Source: Podarcis gaigeae
Taxonomy: Eukaryota
NCBI GenBank assembly: GCA_964106915.2
Contig: OZ066925.1
Reading direction: 5' to 3' (one strand)
DNA length: 64,000 nucleotides
Part shown: in pieces, positions 52,442-64,000 of the stretch
Layout: each line of letters opens with the position of its first letter
Position numbering within the stretch: position 1 is the stretch's first letter
Notes under the pieces: model-generated
What the model saw: only the letters and a program-made list of their open reading frames with translations
Database searches by the model: none
What the model was told of the DNA's origin: nothing
Program-made: the position numbers and the translations under genes

Positions 52442-52526
<85 letters not shown>
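52442..52526. repeat. Compound (GT)n(GA)n microsatellite
   Basis: Seen directly, ~22 GT then ~20 GA. Confidence 0.96.
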
Positions 52527-52532
<6 letters not shown>

Positions 52533-53519
52533 TGAGCACACAAGGAGATGGAATTAAGCCCATAACCACTTAGAGTGAAGATATTGAGGGGAAACCATGG
52601 CTTGTTATCATACACTGTATTTCATTCTTTAAAATGTACTGCAAAGGCACCTGGGAATGCACTGCCAAAGCTTATGGGATTGCTAGCCACTGTTTTTGCA
52701 CTTTTTTTTTTTTTTGCCAATTCTGCACTCTTTTCGCCCCTTTTTGGGTTCGTGGCAATACGCACATGCGCATGCCTTGAACTCACATAAATGGGGAGTT
52801 GCCTGCAATGTATTTGGTTAACTATGCAATAAATAAAATAATCCAAATAATGCATTTGGAAGCTGAACTTTCATCCATGGTACAAACCCAGCAAAAGCAT
52901 AATTCTTTTTAGTAGCCAACGCCAGCGGTGGGAGCTGGTGGGGCACCAATTGCCAAGCCTGCTGGGCTTGCACAGACAGGAAAGAAGGTGAGAAAAGGCC
53001 TGTTTCCTTTCATTTGGCCTTAAAAAGAGATATTTTGTTTCCCATTGGTCCCAGTATGCCAGGAAGATCAGTCTGTCAGCCTCTGTGTACTGTTTCCTCT
53101 TGTCTGAGGCATGTCAGGGAGGCGGAAGATCTTTGCTATTGGATCTGTGATGGCTCATTCAACTCCAGGAACTGCTTGATGTGGTAACTTTCAGTAAACT
53201 CCGTCACAATGCGCACCATAATGGGAAATTAGCCTGGAGCAACTATATATTCCTTTTACTACACATTGCATAAGGTCCTTGTACTTTTTCAGTTGCCTTC
53301 TATAAAGTACCAACAATGGGAATCAAACCTGATGTTACGCATATAAAAAGAATACTGTTACTATCTGGCAAAAACATATGTAATCCAGTTTTACTATTAA
53401 GCTTCTAATGCCACCATTTCAAACAAATCAGAGTAAATAACTTTCTGGAACTGATCACGTGACTTTTTGGAAAAGCAGCATGCAGAAATAAAGAACTTTA
53501 AAATAAATGCATCTCCAAT

Positions 53520-53940
53520 TCTTCAATACATTACTGGGCATCCAATGAAAGAGTCTGGGAGTAAATCTCTAGTGCTACATAAAGTCCTAATTGAAGAAAA
53601 AGGAAACCATTCGATTTGTTTCTTCCAACAATAAAATATGTAATTACCAAACCTGGAAGGCGTTGGTTCCTTCAGCATGGCTAGAATGGCTCCAGTTTTT
53701 TCAACGAAAAAGCTTGATTTAGAATAGTTATTACCAGAAAAGGAAATGGAAAAAAAAATGAAGAGTAAATGTACCCATATGGACGATTGGAATATCCATG
53801 GCAGAGACTTTGAGAAAAATACCAGAAAATTGGCTGAATGAAGAGTATCAGAATGTACACTATGCAGGAAGACACGTATTGTAACACATACTTCTGCTCT
53901 GGTTAAACAATATAAACCGCGTTGATAAAAGGGCATCTTT
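53520..53940 (-). mobile_element. Possible degraded L1 ORF2 fragment
   Basis: Fragmentary similarity (YFSQSL...) to the L1 region downstream of RT; frameshifted. Confidence 0.35.
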
Positions 53941-54548
53941 TGTTCTGCAATTTGGCCACCTAATTGAGATGGATGTAGAATGAAACCTGTAACCCCATTT
54001 TAACTTCCTTCTTCAACAGCATCCATATGTCATCCAAGTGAGAGGGTTAGTATTGGGGGGAAGTGTTCCTTGGCTTTAACATAATATTTCTTTATATTTC
54101 ACTTGACTGCTGACATAATATGATCAGTATGGTGACGGAAACCAGATACAACTGCAAAGGTTCCCCCACCCCTTAGCAGCTCTTATTTAACCAAGCTGCA
54201 TCCAGTCCAGTTTATTTTAGAACCTGCTTTCTTAGTGGAAATAAAGATTGATTTTTGTCACCACCAAAATCTTGCAGTTGCAAAATGTTACAGTCTGCTT
54301 TGCAATTGTACATTTGCCTTGAGCTCCTTGAAGGAAAACTGGGAAGACAACATTGGGGCTACACATTTGTATTGTGCCTGAGAATATTTGTGCATATTTA
54401 TTTCTGTTTAACAGGGCAGCTTCCCTAACCTGGTGCCTTCCAGATGGCTTAAACTAAAAACTACAACTCCCATCAGCCTGAGGTTTTGTACACACTACAC
54501 ATTTCAAAGCATGTTTGAAGCACATTCTTTCCCTCAAAAGAATTATGG

Positions 54549-54888
54549 GTGGCGCTGTGGGTTAAACCACAGAGCCTAGGACTTGCCAATCAGAAAGTCG
54601 GCGTTTCAAATCCCCACAACGGGGTGAGCTCCCATTGCTCAGTCCCTGCTCCTGCCAACCTAGCAGTTCAAAAGCACGTCAAAGTGCAAGTAGATAAATA
54701 GGTACCGCTCTGGCAGGAAGGTAAACAGCATTTCCGTGCGCTGCTCTGGTTCACCAGAAGCGGCTTAGTCATGCTGGCAACATGACCCGGAAGCTGTACG
54801 TCGGCTCCCCCGGCCAGTAAAGCGAGATGAGTGCCGCAACCCCAGAGTCGGCCATGACTAGACCTAATGGTCAGGGGTCCCTTTACCT
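54549..54888 (+). mobile_element. Sauria SINE nested in a palindromic MITE (~54488-54996)
   Basis: Near-identical to 18847-19188. The flanks (ttcaaagc...ccctcaaaagaatt / aattttttgagggg...gctttgaa) are inverted arms. Confidence 0.88.
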
Positions 54889-56648
54889 AGTTTACCCCTC
54901 ACAGAGCTACAATTCCCAGCCACCCTTAGCAAACTACAGTGCCCAGAATTTTTTGAGGGGAATAATATGCTTTGAATGTGCTTTGAACGTGTAATGAGCA
55001 TGCAGCCCAGTCAGCATGGCTGTGCTGATATAGGGTGATAGACATCTGTTGAGAGTCAAGACCTTGGCGCCAGCAGAAGGCACAATCAGAAGCAGCAACA
55101 TTTTGCAGAGCAAGCTGCTGTCCCAGGGCCTCCTCAGAAACTCAGAGCACAACTGCAGCTTCCCAGTGGTAAGGGAGGCATGCTCTGCAATTGTTGAGAG
55201 GCACTTCCATGCTATCATTTTCTCTTCTTTCAGGCTGAGCCCCAGTCCAAAATAAATCTGTTTGATGTACCTATCTCTACCTCTGCTGCGTTGTGGGGAT
55301 GAGAAGACGCTGGACCAGAACCTGCAATTTGACTATATTTTGAATAATTGACATTGCATGTTAACAAGATACCCCAAGAGATCATATGAAAAACAGGTTT
55401 TGCATGTCAATTATGTTGGTTTTAGCTCATATGCTTAACCAAAGGTCTCTGGGAGCTCCTGATTTTCTCCTTGTTTAATCCCTTGTTTCATTCCACTCCA
55501 AGAGAAGCAGTGTAACTCTTAAGAACAGCCACAAACCAGAATACTGAAAGGGGAGATTCACAGATTGTTTATATTGAGATGATCACATAGGTTCCAATAA
55601 GACCATAAAAGGGTATGTTTCTGCTAATCACTCCATTAAGAATGAAAACTAATCCCATTTTGGTCATTTTTTTCCACCTGATCCTTCTAGCCACTCTCCT
55701 TTTTTTAAATATTTACCGAAGCAGTAGATTGCATAATGCCAAAGCAAATAAAGCCACAGAACGAGGAAGGTAGAAAACAAGAGCACAATATTATTCTGAT
55801 TTTGAAACGTGCATCATCCCTCCTTTTTTATTGGTTAAGCTCTCCCTAAATCACATTAAGTCTTGGATAGTGTGCCCTGCATTCCCATCTGGAAGCCATT
55901 TCAAGAAGTGTCCTGCAAAATCTCATTCCCTGTCATTGTGAAGAAAAGCAACTGCCTGAATATTATTAATCCTCAATTTATTATCCCAAATATCTTGTCT
56001 CACTTTAGGCAGCCTTTATTCTTCTTGAAGATTGCTGAAAGCATCATCTCTTGGCCAGACAGCCTCTTCTGAAAATCACATACTTTCTCCCCATCATGTT
56101 GAATCCCATCAGAAAAGACTTCATTCCCCCCCCTCCCTTGAATTCACAACTGATACCTTGAGCTGTCTGCTGTTCAGCCCTTAAACCTTGTTCCAGTCTA
56201 GGTCATCTGACCTGTAGCATGTGTTCACCTAATCAAAAAGTATTTACTTATTTATTCCAAATGCCATAATGGTCAAGGATGCAGTTGCTAAAGACTGCTT
56301 AGATAGTTCTGAAAGATGCTGGTTTTGGAAGTAATCTTGACTGTTCCTAATAAATAACTTACAAAGTCAAAAACTGGAAATAAGTCAATTTTCAAGGAAC
56401 AGAAAATACTGTCTCTATCTGGAAAATATCAGCTGAAGCTTGTAAATACATGCTTTCCCAGTCTCATAGTCAATCTCATGACATGTGCTCAGTTGACACT
56501 TTTTTCTTGTTATGAGGAATGTCCCATGCCTGGTTATATTTTTAAATAGCTGTTCCACCTTTCTTCATCAGCTTTGCAAAATGACAGCATTACCTTGGTA
56601 TCTTCATACAGAAAAAAGGGCAAATCAGAGTTTGTCTAATGACTGTGG

Positions 56649-57009
56649 TGAAACTTACCGAAAGAATCAGAAATCAAGACAACAAACTTTTTAGAAAGGA
56701 ATGGAAATGTTTTCTTGAGTATTTACAAACTAAAATTTGTAGATCAGGACATAAAACAGATCAAGACATTGGCAGGATTACTGTAAAAACCTGCAGTTTT
56801 AAAAGAAATGTATATGAGATGTACATGAGATTAGATGAAGAAAAAAATACGGTAAATTAAGATAATTTGGAGTATGCAGGAAATGATGAAAGTACCGTAA
56901 ATGTAAAGAACCGCAGAAAGAGTGGGAAGGGAGTCAAAATTTGCAATGTTAGAATGTTTGTTGAATAATTGTTGTAAATGCAAATTATAAATAAAATTAT
57001 ATTTAAAAA
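56649..57009 (+). mobile_element. 5'-truncated L1-clade LINE 3' end
   Basis: KLTERIR...FRKEWKCFLEYL ORF2-type end, AATAAA plus A-tail, 11-bp TSD AATGACTGTGG (56638-56648, 57010-57020). Confidence 0.85.
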
Positions 57010-57877
57010 AATGACTGTGGCTACTAAGGTGGTATCCCATTGATTATTTCTGTTGCCTAGATGAGTGGCCATTGTAGTAACTCCCAAAACTTCAGAGTGT
57101 TGCAGCACTTCAGAGACTTTCTAGTCTATTGTGGCATGAGTTTTCAGAGACATTTGCTTTCGCAAAGTAGACATTATGAATGCATGCACAAATTGCCAAT
57201 TAAGCGTGTTTGTAAATAGAATTCAAGTGGGACCTACAACAAAGTCTTGCAGTGTGGGGCGAGTGATCCTGTTCCGCATTCCTGACAGCCATTTCAGCCC
57301 CCCACATTTCCCCATCCCCACCCAGCACTCAGCATTCTGTGACCACTTAGCATGCCGAGTTTTCCGTGGGCATATTTTCCCTAAATATTTTTTTGTAGTT
57401 CTGCAAACCTTGAGCTTCCCCTAAGCCTGCCGATAACCTGCTTCTTCTTATGTGTGGATGTTGCTGCTTTGGCTACACAAGGACCCATACCTATTAGTTT
57501 GCTATTAGTATACAAGAAAGCTTTCCATGCCAGTCTCTGTCTACCTCGCATTTATTGAAAAAGACAGTTGATTGACCAGTTTATTGTGGTGTGAACTTGC
57601 AATAGTCTCTGAGGTGCATCCACATGCTGAAACTTGTTTTCAAGTTCTGGGAATACTATATTTGAATACATGAGAAATGCTTTTATACTTTCCCTCTCTT
57701 ATACTATTGAAGCAGGATCTTGGATTCTTCTTTTTTTGTAGCGTTTTAATGTTTACCTGCTAAATTTGGGACAACTGGCCAAGAATACTTTGTTTTTCAT
57801 AATACTTGATATTGTGGTGTAAGATCCTGGTGGTACTTGGAACACAAGACCTAATGGCTAAAGTGTTTGTGGCTTTT

Positions 57878-58338
57878 AAGAAAAGGATGACTAAGGGGGA
57901 AAACATGAATAAGGTTTATGAAAGTATGTATGGTGTAGAGAAAGTGGGGGGAGAGAGAATTTTAAAAAAAATTATTTCCTGCAATATTAAAATCTGGGGT
58001 TCACCAAATGAAGCTGATTGCTGTAGATTAAGGACAGACAAGAGACAATCCAACTGATGTATATCATTCACTGCCACAGGATATGGTGCTGACTCCTTTA
58101 AAGGAGATTTAAGCAAGTCCATGGATAACAAGTCTATTTGTTATTTAGTAATGAAAACAAAATGGAGCCTTCATGTTCAGAGGCAGTGCAAAGCTTGCTA
58201 GAAAGCCACATTATAGGAGAGCATCCAACTTTATGCCCTGCTTGGGGGGTTTCCAGAACCATACAGCTACCTACTTTGGAAAACAAAATACCTGGACCTT
58301 TGGTCTGATCCAGCATTACTCTATTTCTGTTCTTATGT
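57878..58338 (+). mobile_element. Degraded CR1 LINE 3' portion
   Basis: KRMTKGENMNKVYE...GVEKV...GSPNEA (CR1 ORF2 end-like), then tail GGTCTGATCCAGCA...TTCTTATGTT. Confidence 0.75.
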
Positions 58339-59428
58339 TATAGCTGGGATGTTTAGAGCCTCCTCAGCAGCCCCATCTCCCAGTCTTGCTTCCTTCCCCA
58401 TTCTTCTCTCAAGCAGTGTTTTTAAAGCACTACAGTTATTTGCATATTGGCAAGGGAAGCGGTGGAAGTTGTGTAATTAACTACATCACCTAGTCTCTCC
58501 CTAAAATCTATGTGCACAGTTGCTCTGATTTGTGCACAACACTGCTACCTATATGCCATGTTAATGATGAAAAATGAGCTCAAAAATACCTGTTCAATCC
58601 AATCTGGCTTCCATGATGATTTATTGGTGTAGCTCACTTTATTAAAGAAACAATCTATTTATACACACACACACCAACACACACATGCACCAGTGGCTAT
58701 GCTTCATCACTGACTGATAAAGGTGACTGAGAAAAAATGAATGAGTAGTGTTGCCAATGTGAAAAGAATGTGTCTGTGTGTGTTTTAAAAAGACTCTGAT
58801 TCTAATAATGTCGGTAGAAACATCTCAGGTGCTTAAAATCAACAGACCATATTTATATGACAGTTACGTCAAGGATAGATATTACCTGTTTTATTGCAGT
58901 GAACAAGGAATTTATAGGCATAATGTTCCAGATTTGAGGCTCTCTCTATTTCATAGTGGTAAGTTGTTGACACTGGCTGAACGTTCGATTTGAAATAGTG
59001 TTTTAGCATCTACTCCCCATTCACTGATATGTTCAAACTCAACCAGCTTTTCCATTCAGCCACCCTATTTTTGTGTCCCTCCCTCTCCCCATTCATGTAC
59101 TAATCTCTTCCAAGTCACACAACCCAGTCATACACTGTACAGTCATGCATCTATTCACCTTAGCCAATCTAACACTGCCCTGTCTACTGTCCTGGGATCC
59201 TGTGTTATATATTTGTATTGTTGGCTGTGGATTTTAAAATGCTGTGGGTTTTTTTTTTTTTGTAACTTATAAGCTGCCTTGAAAGAACTGGTACCCTGAA
59301 AGGTAGGATTATATCAGGGTTGTTGTTTTTTAATTGGCGGTTGTTGTTTTTAGGTGGGCTGTAGTGTAATTGCAATAAGTAAGAAGTACCTACCAATTTG
59401 CTGCCATCCTTTTGTGGTGATGAAATTA

Positions 59429-59769
59429 CCGTATTTTTCCATGTATAACACGCCCCCTTTTGGGGGGGACTCCAAATTAAGAAAATGCCTGACCTATGCT
59501 GCCACTAGCGTTGCAAAAGCCATCTATCGACTGTCCCCCTACTGGCAGAAGCCGCCGATCGCCTGCCTAATTGCTGCAGCAACAGCCAGTCAAACCCAGC
59601 CCTTTCCGCAACCACCAATAACACGCCCAATAGCCACTGACAATCTCCGGCTCCTGGCAGCAACCAATAACATGTCCCCACTATGCACTATCCGTGTATA
59701 AGACGACCCACATATTTTAACATGAAATTCTAAGGAAAAAAGCCTTGTCTTATACATGGAAAAATACGG
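59429..59769. mobile_element. Tc1/mariner-type MITE (CCGTATTTTT family)
   Basis: TIRs CCGTATTTTTCCATGTATAA / TTATACATGGAAAAATACGG; TA on both sides. Confidence 0.9.
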
Positions 59770-59784
59770 TACTTGAAAATTACT

Positions 59785-60008
59785 TTAAAATGGGACTGGA
59801 TAAATTCCTTGAGGACAGAATGACTAGCAGTCAGGATGTGTGTAAGGAATATCCAGATTCAAATGCAGCATGCCAATGGATCCCTGTTAGTGGATGAGGA
59901 CTACTGTCTTCCTGCCCAGCTTGTTGGCTTTCTAGGGGCAGGTGGTTCAGAGAGCAAAAATGCTGGGCTGGTTGGAGATTTGATCCAGCAAGGCTCTTTC
60001 CTATGTTA
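59785..60008 (+). mobile_element. Degraded CR1 3' end
   Basis: ttaaaatgggactggataaattc...gatccagcaaggctc...ctatgtt. Confidence 0.55.
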
Positions 60009-61003
60009 ATTCTCACCACTAACAGCCCCATCTGGCTCAAGGTCTTCAACACAGGCAGTTATTTTTTAAACTCAGCAACCAGAATGGACACAAACCATTC
60101 CACAGCATGTAAGCAATTAAGCGAGGCAAAAGAGATAAGTTGAGTGTTCAACAATCTAAAAATTTCAAACAATGTAGTTTGCATCTACTCCATTTTTTGT
60201 CATATTTATCTGATTGGGGCAAATTGGCAAGCCACTATCTTCTGTCTGTGTTCTTTAATTTGATATGGTTTCTGTACAACCATAGCCTCGACGTAGCCAA
60301 TTATACAAAGCTGGCTTTGATTTCAAAAACAGATAACTATTTTCACTGCTGGCTTCTTGAAGGTCAACCATATAGAATATTTCTTGGCATTATAGTGTTT
60401 TCAATACATGCAGTATACAGACTGGGGGCGGGGGAAGAATGTCTAGCAAAAAGACATATTGCTGGTTCTCTGACAGACAGTAATTTGCCGCTGATTAACT
60501 CGGTGTAACAGTTTGGCTTCAAGATGAGCTCTTGAGAATCGGTGAGAGTGTGGGGCCCTCCATGAGGTCAGTAATCAGCTTTTCTAATTGACCACAGCTG
60601 GAGCAAAACATAGGGGGAGATGAGACACAAGGTCCACGCTGTTATATGGGGGGAAACCCATGAGGATTTTAGGGATAAAGAAGGAGAATCTCTTCCTGGA
60701 GAATATGCTCCTTGCCAACTCAAAGGCCAAAATTAGGGCCGGAGGTGAATGATGCTGTAAGGAATGAGCATTTGGAAGCCTGAAATATCCCATGAGGGTT
60801 TTATTTCCATGCAATACGCTGGAGTTTTAAGTTGCTTTGAGAGGCAATGCTTAATCACTTATTTCCTGCATTTGTGTAATGATGAATGTTGAGATGTTAA
60901 TATTTCTTAGAAATATTACCTAACTATTTCCTAGTCAAGAGGCCGTGTTTCCGTAGAGGAAAATATGGGTGTTCTTGTTTCTCTATAAATGGCAGTGGGT
61001 ACC

Positions 61004-61261
61004 TGTTAAGTGGAGGGGGAACATATCAGACGACACAGCAATTCTTCAAACAGCTCTTGTTTATTCACAGGCCAGAACAGAACTGAACTGAAGGGTTCAG
61101 CCAGCCTGCTTATATAGAGCTCCAGAACAGCGTAATTGTAACAACTTTCTGTAACTATCCAATCACTGAACGTCACTTTCGATCCCTTATTTGCATATGT
61201 GGACCTGAACTATCTACAGTATCCCCCTGCTGGACCAGGGTGAGAACTTCAGTACATAACA
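61004..61261 (-). mobile_element. Solo LTR, 258 bp
   Basis: TGTTA...TAACA termini, perfect 5-bp TSD GTACC (60999-61003, 61262-61266); minus-strand TATATAA (61110-61116) upstream of AATAAA (61060-61065). Confidence 0.9.
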
Positions 61262-62819
61262 GTACCAAAAATGGGCACCTTGAAAGATCAGCTCCTGCAG
61301 CCAATGGTCTTTATTCCTCTGGGAAAAGGCAGAGGTATAATGGGCTCAGGTGGTGGGGGGTCATGTGGCTGCTGCTATTTGTGTGATCATGTCAGGTGCC
61401 AGTTCACACCATCAATGCTTCTGCATGACCCCAAAATCCACAAAACCCATTCCTCTGGTGGAATATCCTCAAAACATTGTGGCTGTCTCTGAAAATAATT
61501 GACCTCAACCAAGCATAAGCTTGAATAAAATATGTCATATTATTACATCCATGCAACATTTGAATTGTTAATGTGTTCTAAGAATGTTTCCTTTTTGGTT
61601 TAGGAAAACTTTTAAAAAGTTTTCATTTGCATTTGCCAGGTGTGGGGAATTTTGACTGAAAGAGCATGACTTGTGCAGTGACTGTAGGGCTGTGAAGATC
61701 TGCACAGACTGAAGTCAGTGGACCACACCAGTTGACCTGCAACATCTGAGGTTTATGGCTCCATGCGAGCTGTTTTAAAAACAGCTTATAACTTGTGGTG
61801 TTCCACTGCCTGGATGCCTCAAAGAAAAATATACAAACTTGCCTCTGGTTCTAGGTTAAGAGCCTCCAAGCACAACTTGACTCATAAACAGATTATGAGC
61901 CAGCAAGAAGTTGTTTACATAAGCCCCATGATGCTAATTGGTATTTTTTAACCTAGTAGGGAAAAGAGCTGCCTTCTCGTCACTTTTTAATAATCTTAAG
62001 TCTAGCATTCCTGTGAATTCAGCCATGCCCTATATACTGGTAAATTAAATGCCAATAACCATGTCATCTTCAGAGCATAGTGAGTAGTATAACAGATTTC
62101 ATTAGAAAAAGCACTGTGGCACTTTAGAGGCTGACTGATTTATTGTCGTATTAAAGGCATATTTGGTTAAAAAGCACATAAACTACTCTCGGAAAACCAA
62201 ATAATTCAAATTTTACCTTCTGAAAATGTCAGATAATACTAAAGAATACTAAATAATCATAATCATAATCAGCAATAATATAGAATGTTTCAACTTTAAA
62301 AAATGAAGGGTGCTAATAAGTTGTAACATGGCTTAGGAATTCAAAAGATACTTTGGTTAAATTAATATAATTTTGTTTTGCTTGGTAAGTAAAATGTGTG
62401 TAAAATTGCTTGGAAACCATAAAAAATGATTGCCAAGTACTTGAAATTTTGTTGTTGTTGTTTAGTGTTATTTAGTATTACCTGGCATGTTCAGAAGCTA
62501 AAATTAAAATTCTTTGGTTTTCTGAGAGTAGTTAATGTGCTTTTTAACCAAACGTAGATTTACCAAGCTAAATGTTGTCCAATCACAAAAATAATAGCAG
62601 TTTTGAATTCCTCACGCCCAAAACATATTTTTAAGACTCCTCCCTGAATAAATTTGCAAAAATTAAATTTCACCTCCTGAAATGATACACCCTGTTTTGC
62701 CAATGGTCTTTCATAGCATATTTCTCCATGGATAATGAAAGGTGACCAGCTGAGGCAGTGAACAGAAAAGAACTGACAACTTGGCTATAGAACAAAATGA
62801 ATGTGCTGCTGTGATTATT

Positions 62820-63970
62820 GTATACTTATCTCCGGCTATTTTAAAATCTGGACAACAGACATAAATCAGGGGATAGGGTTACCATACCCAATGGAAACGG
62901 GGGAACTGGCCAGGCAATTATTCATCCGACTATATCAAGGCAAATTTTGTCTGGGTGAACACTCATACTGACAAGCCCTGAAGGGATTTTGAGGGAAATA
63001 AAGAACAACTCTCGCTATGTTTGCTCGTACAGAGAAAAGATACAAACTTATATATCATCAGCTTGTGGATATAAGCAAAATATGCATAAGGGGCAAATCT
63101 ATGTAGGTGTCCAGAATTTCTCAAGAAATAATTTTTACAAGTTTTGGAACAGATGTGGGTTAGATACATTTTGATATATTATCAATCGATTTAGAATATA
63201 TGAGAAATAATCATGTATGGTAAAACATATCAAGCTTCATTTTCCCACTGCCTGCCAGTGAAGAAGCACTTTGTAAAAATGAAGTCAAGTAGATATTTGA
63301 CTAGGTCTGAGCACTTGTTGGGGGCTGCTAAGTAGATTTGAAGGGTTTGGTTTCAGAACTGAACAAGTGTTTTTTTGCAAAGCACTTTAAAAAAGAAAAG
63401 AAAACAACATATGTTAAGCTTGGAGAAGGATTTGGAGATGGAAATAACTGAGGAGGATTGGGCAGATGTATGGTACAAAAACAAACCCATTTAAGTGCTT
63501 CTCTGAGGGAAGTTAATTTATAAGATTTTGAGCAGGTGGTATGTAACATCTGTGCACATTCAATACATATGTAAAAAAAGTAATAGGGTCTGTTGGAAAT
63601 AATGTGGGAAGGGAGGCTCCTTTAAGCATATATGGTGGTCTTTTAAATAAATTCAAGGTTTTTGGCAAAAAAAAATATAGGAGTGGATTAAAAATATCAA
63701 AGGCCATGATATTCCCCTAGGCCCCACATCTTTTTGAATAGGGTTCGAAAGATACTGAATGTTATACTTTTAAAGAACTTTTAATTTTGTTAATAGCACC
63801 AAAGTTACATATAGTCCAAAGTCGAAAATTACTCAGGCATCTACATTTATACACCTGGTATACAACTATTGGGACATTTCAGTCATTCATTAGGTAATGG
63901 ATCTTATGCAGACAGTACAAGCTCTTTAGATGGAAAGTGCATTTCTTGAAAATTGGAAACCCTTTTCCTG
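62820..63970 (+). mobile_element. Old, frameshifted L1-clade ORF2 fragment
   Basis: Residual motifs HIWWS...IQGFWQK, LLIAPKLHIVQ and F.ENWKPF in collinear order. Confidence 0.6.
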
Positions 63971-64000
63971 AGGCCTGCAGATATTGACAAATTGCTTAGC

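Noticed and set aside
44320-64000. Start of the neighbouring gene (ODAD2/ARMC4 follows MPP7 in mammals)
   Set aside because: No exon matching the recalled N-terminus and no CpG-island promoter could be found; synteny alone is not evidence.

Overview
Eukaryotic, AT-rich, intron- and repeat-rich vertebrate DNA, almost certainly from a squamate reptile. Sauria SINEs, a tRNA-Lys/CR1 SINE and a BovB-like element suggest a lizard, probably a lacertid. The + strand carries most of MPP7 (MAGUK p55 subfamily member 7; L27-PDZ-SH3-HOOK-GK). Fourteen canonical GT-AG coding exons between 5537 and 41864 join in phase into 524 aa plus stop, and the first ~52 codons lie upstream of the window. A 3' UTR runs to about 44320. 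The remaining ~20 kb looks intergenic, with no recognisable coding exon. Almost all ORFs in the supplied track are noise or TE fragments. Most interesting observations: (1) a candidate cluster of cassette exons/microexons in the 12.7-kb HOOK-domain intron, including a 42-nt exon resembling the paralogous MPP3 exon and a 12-nt microexon; each creates an in-frame stop if joined directly to the upstream constitutive exon; (2) an L1 insertion with an apparent 3' transduction; (3) a 154-bp satellite array inside a Tc1/mariner-type MITE; (4) a perfect 26-bp intronic hairpin; (5) inverted Sauria SINE pairs, one intact and one collapsed; (6) a solo LTR dense in promoter-type motifs; (7) a 91-bp MITE with a 9-bp TSD; (8) a Bov-A-like element.
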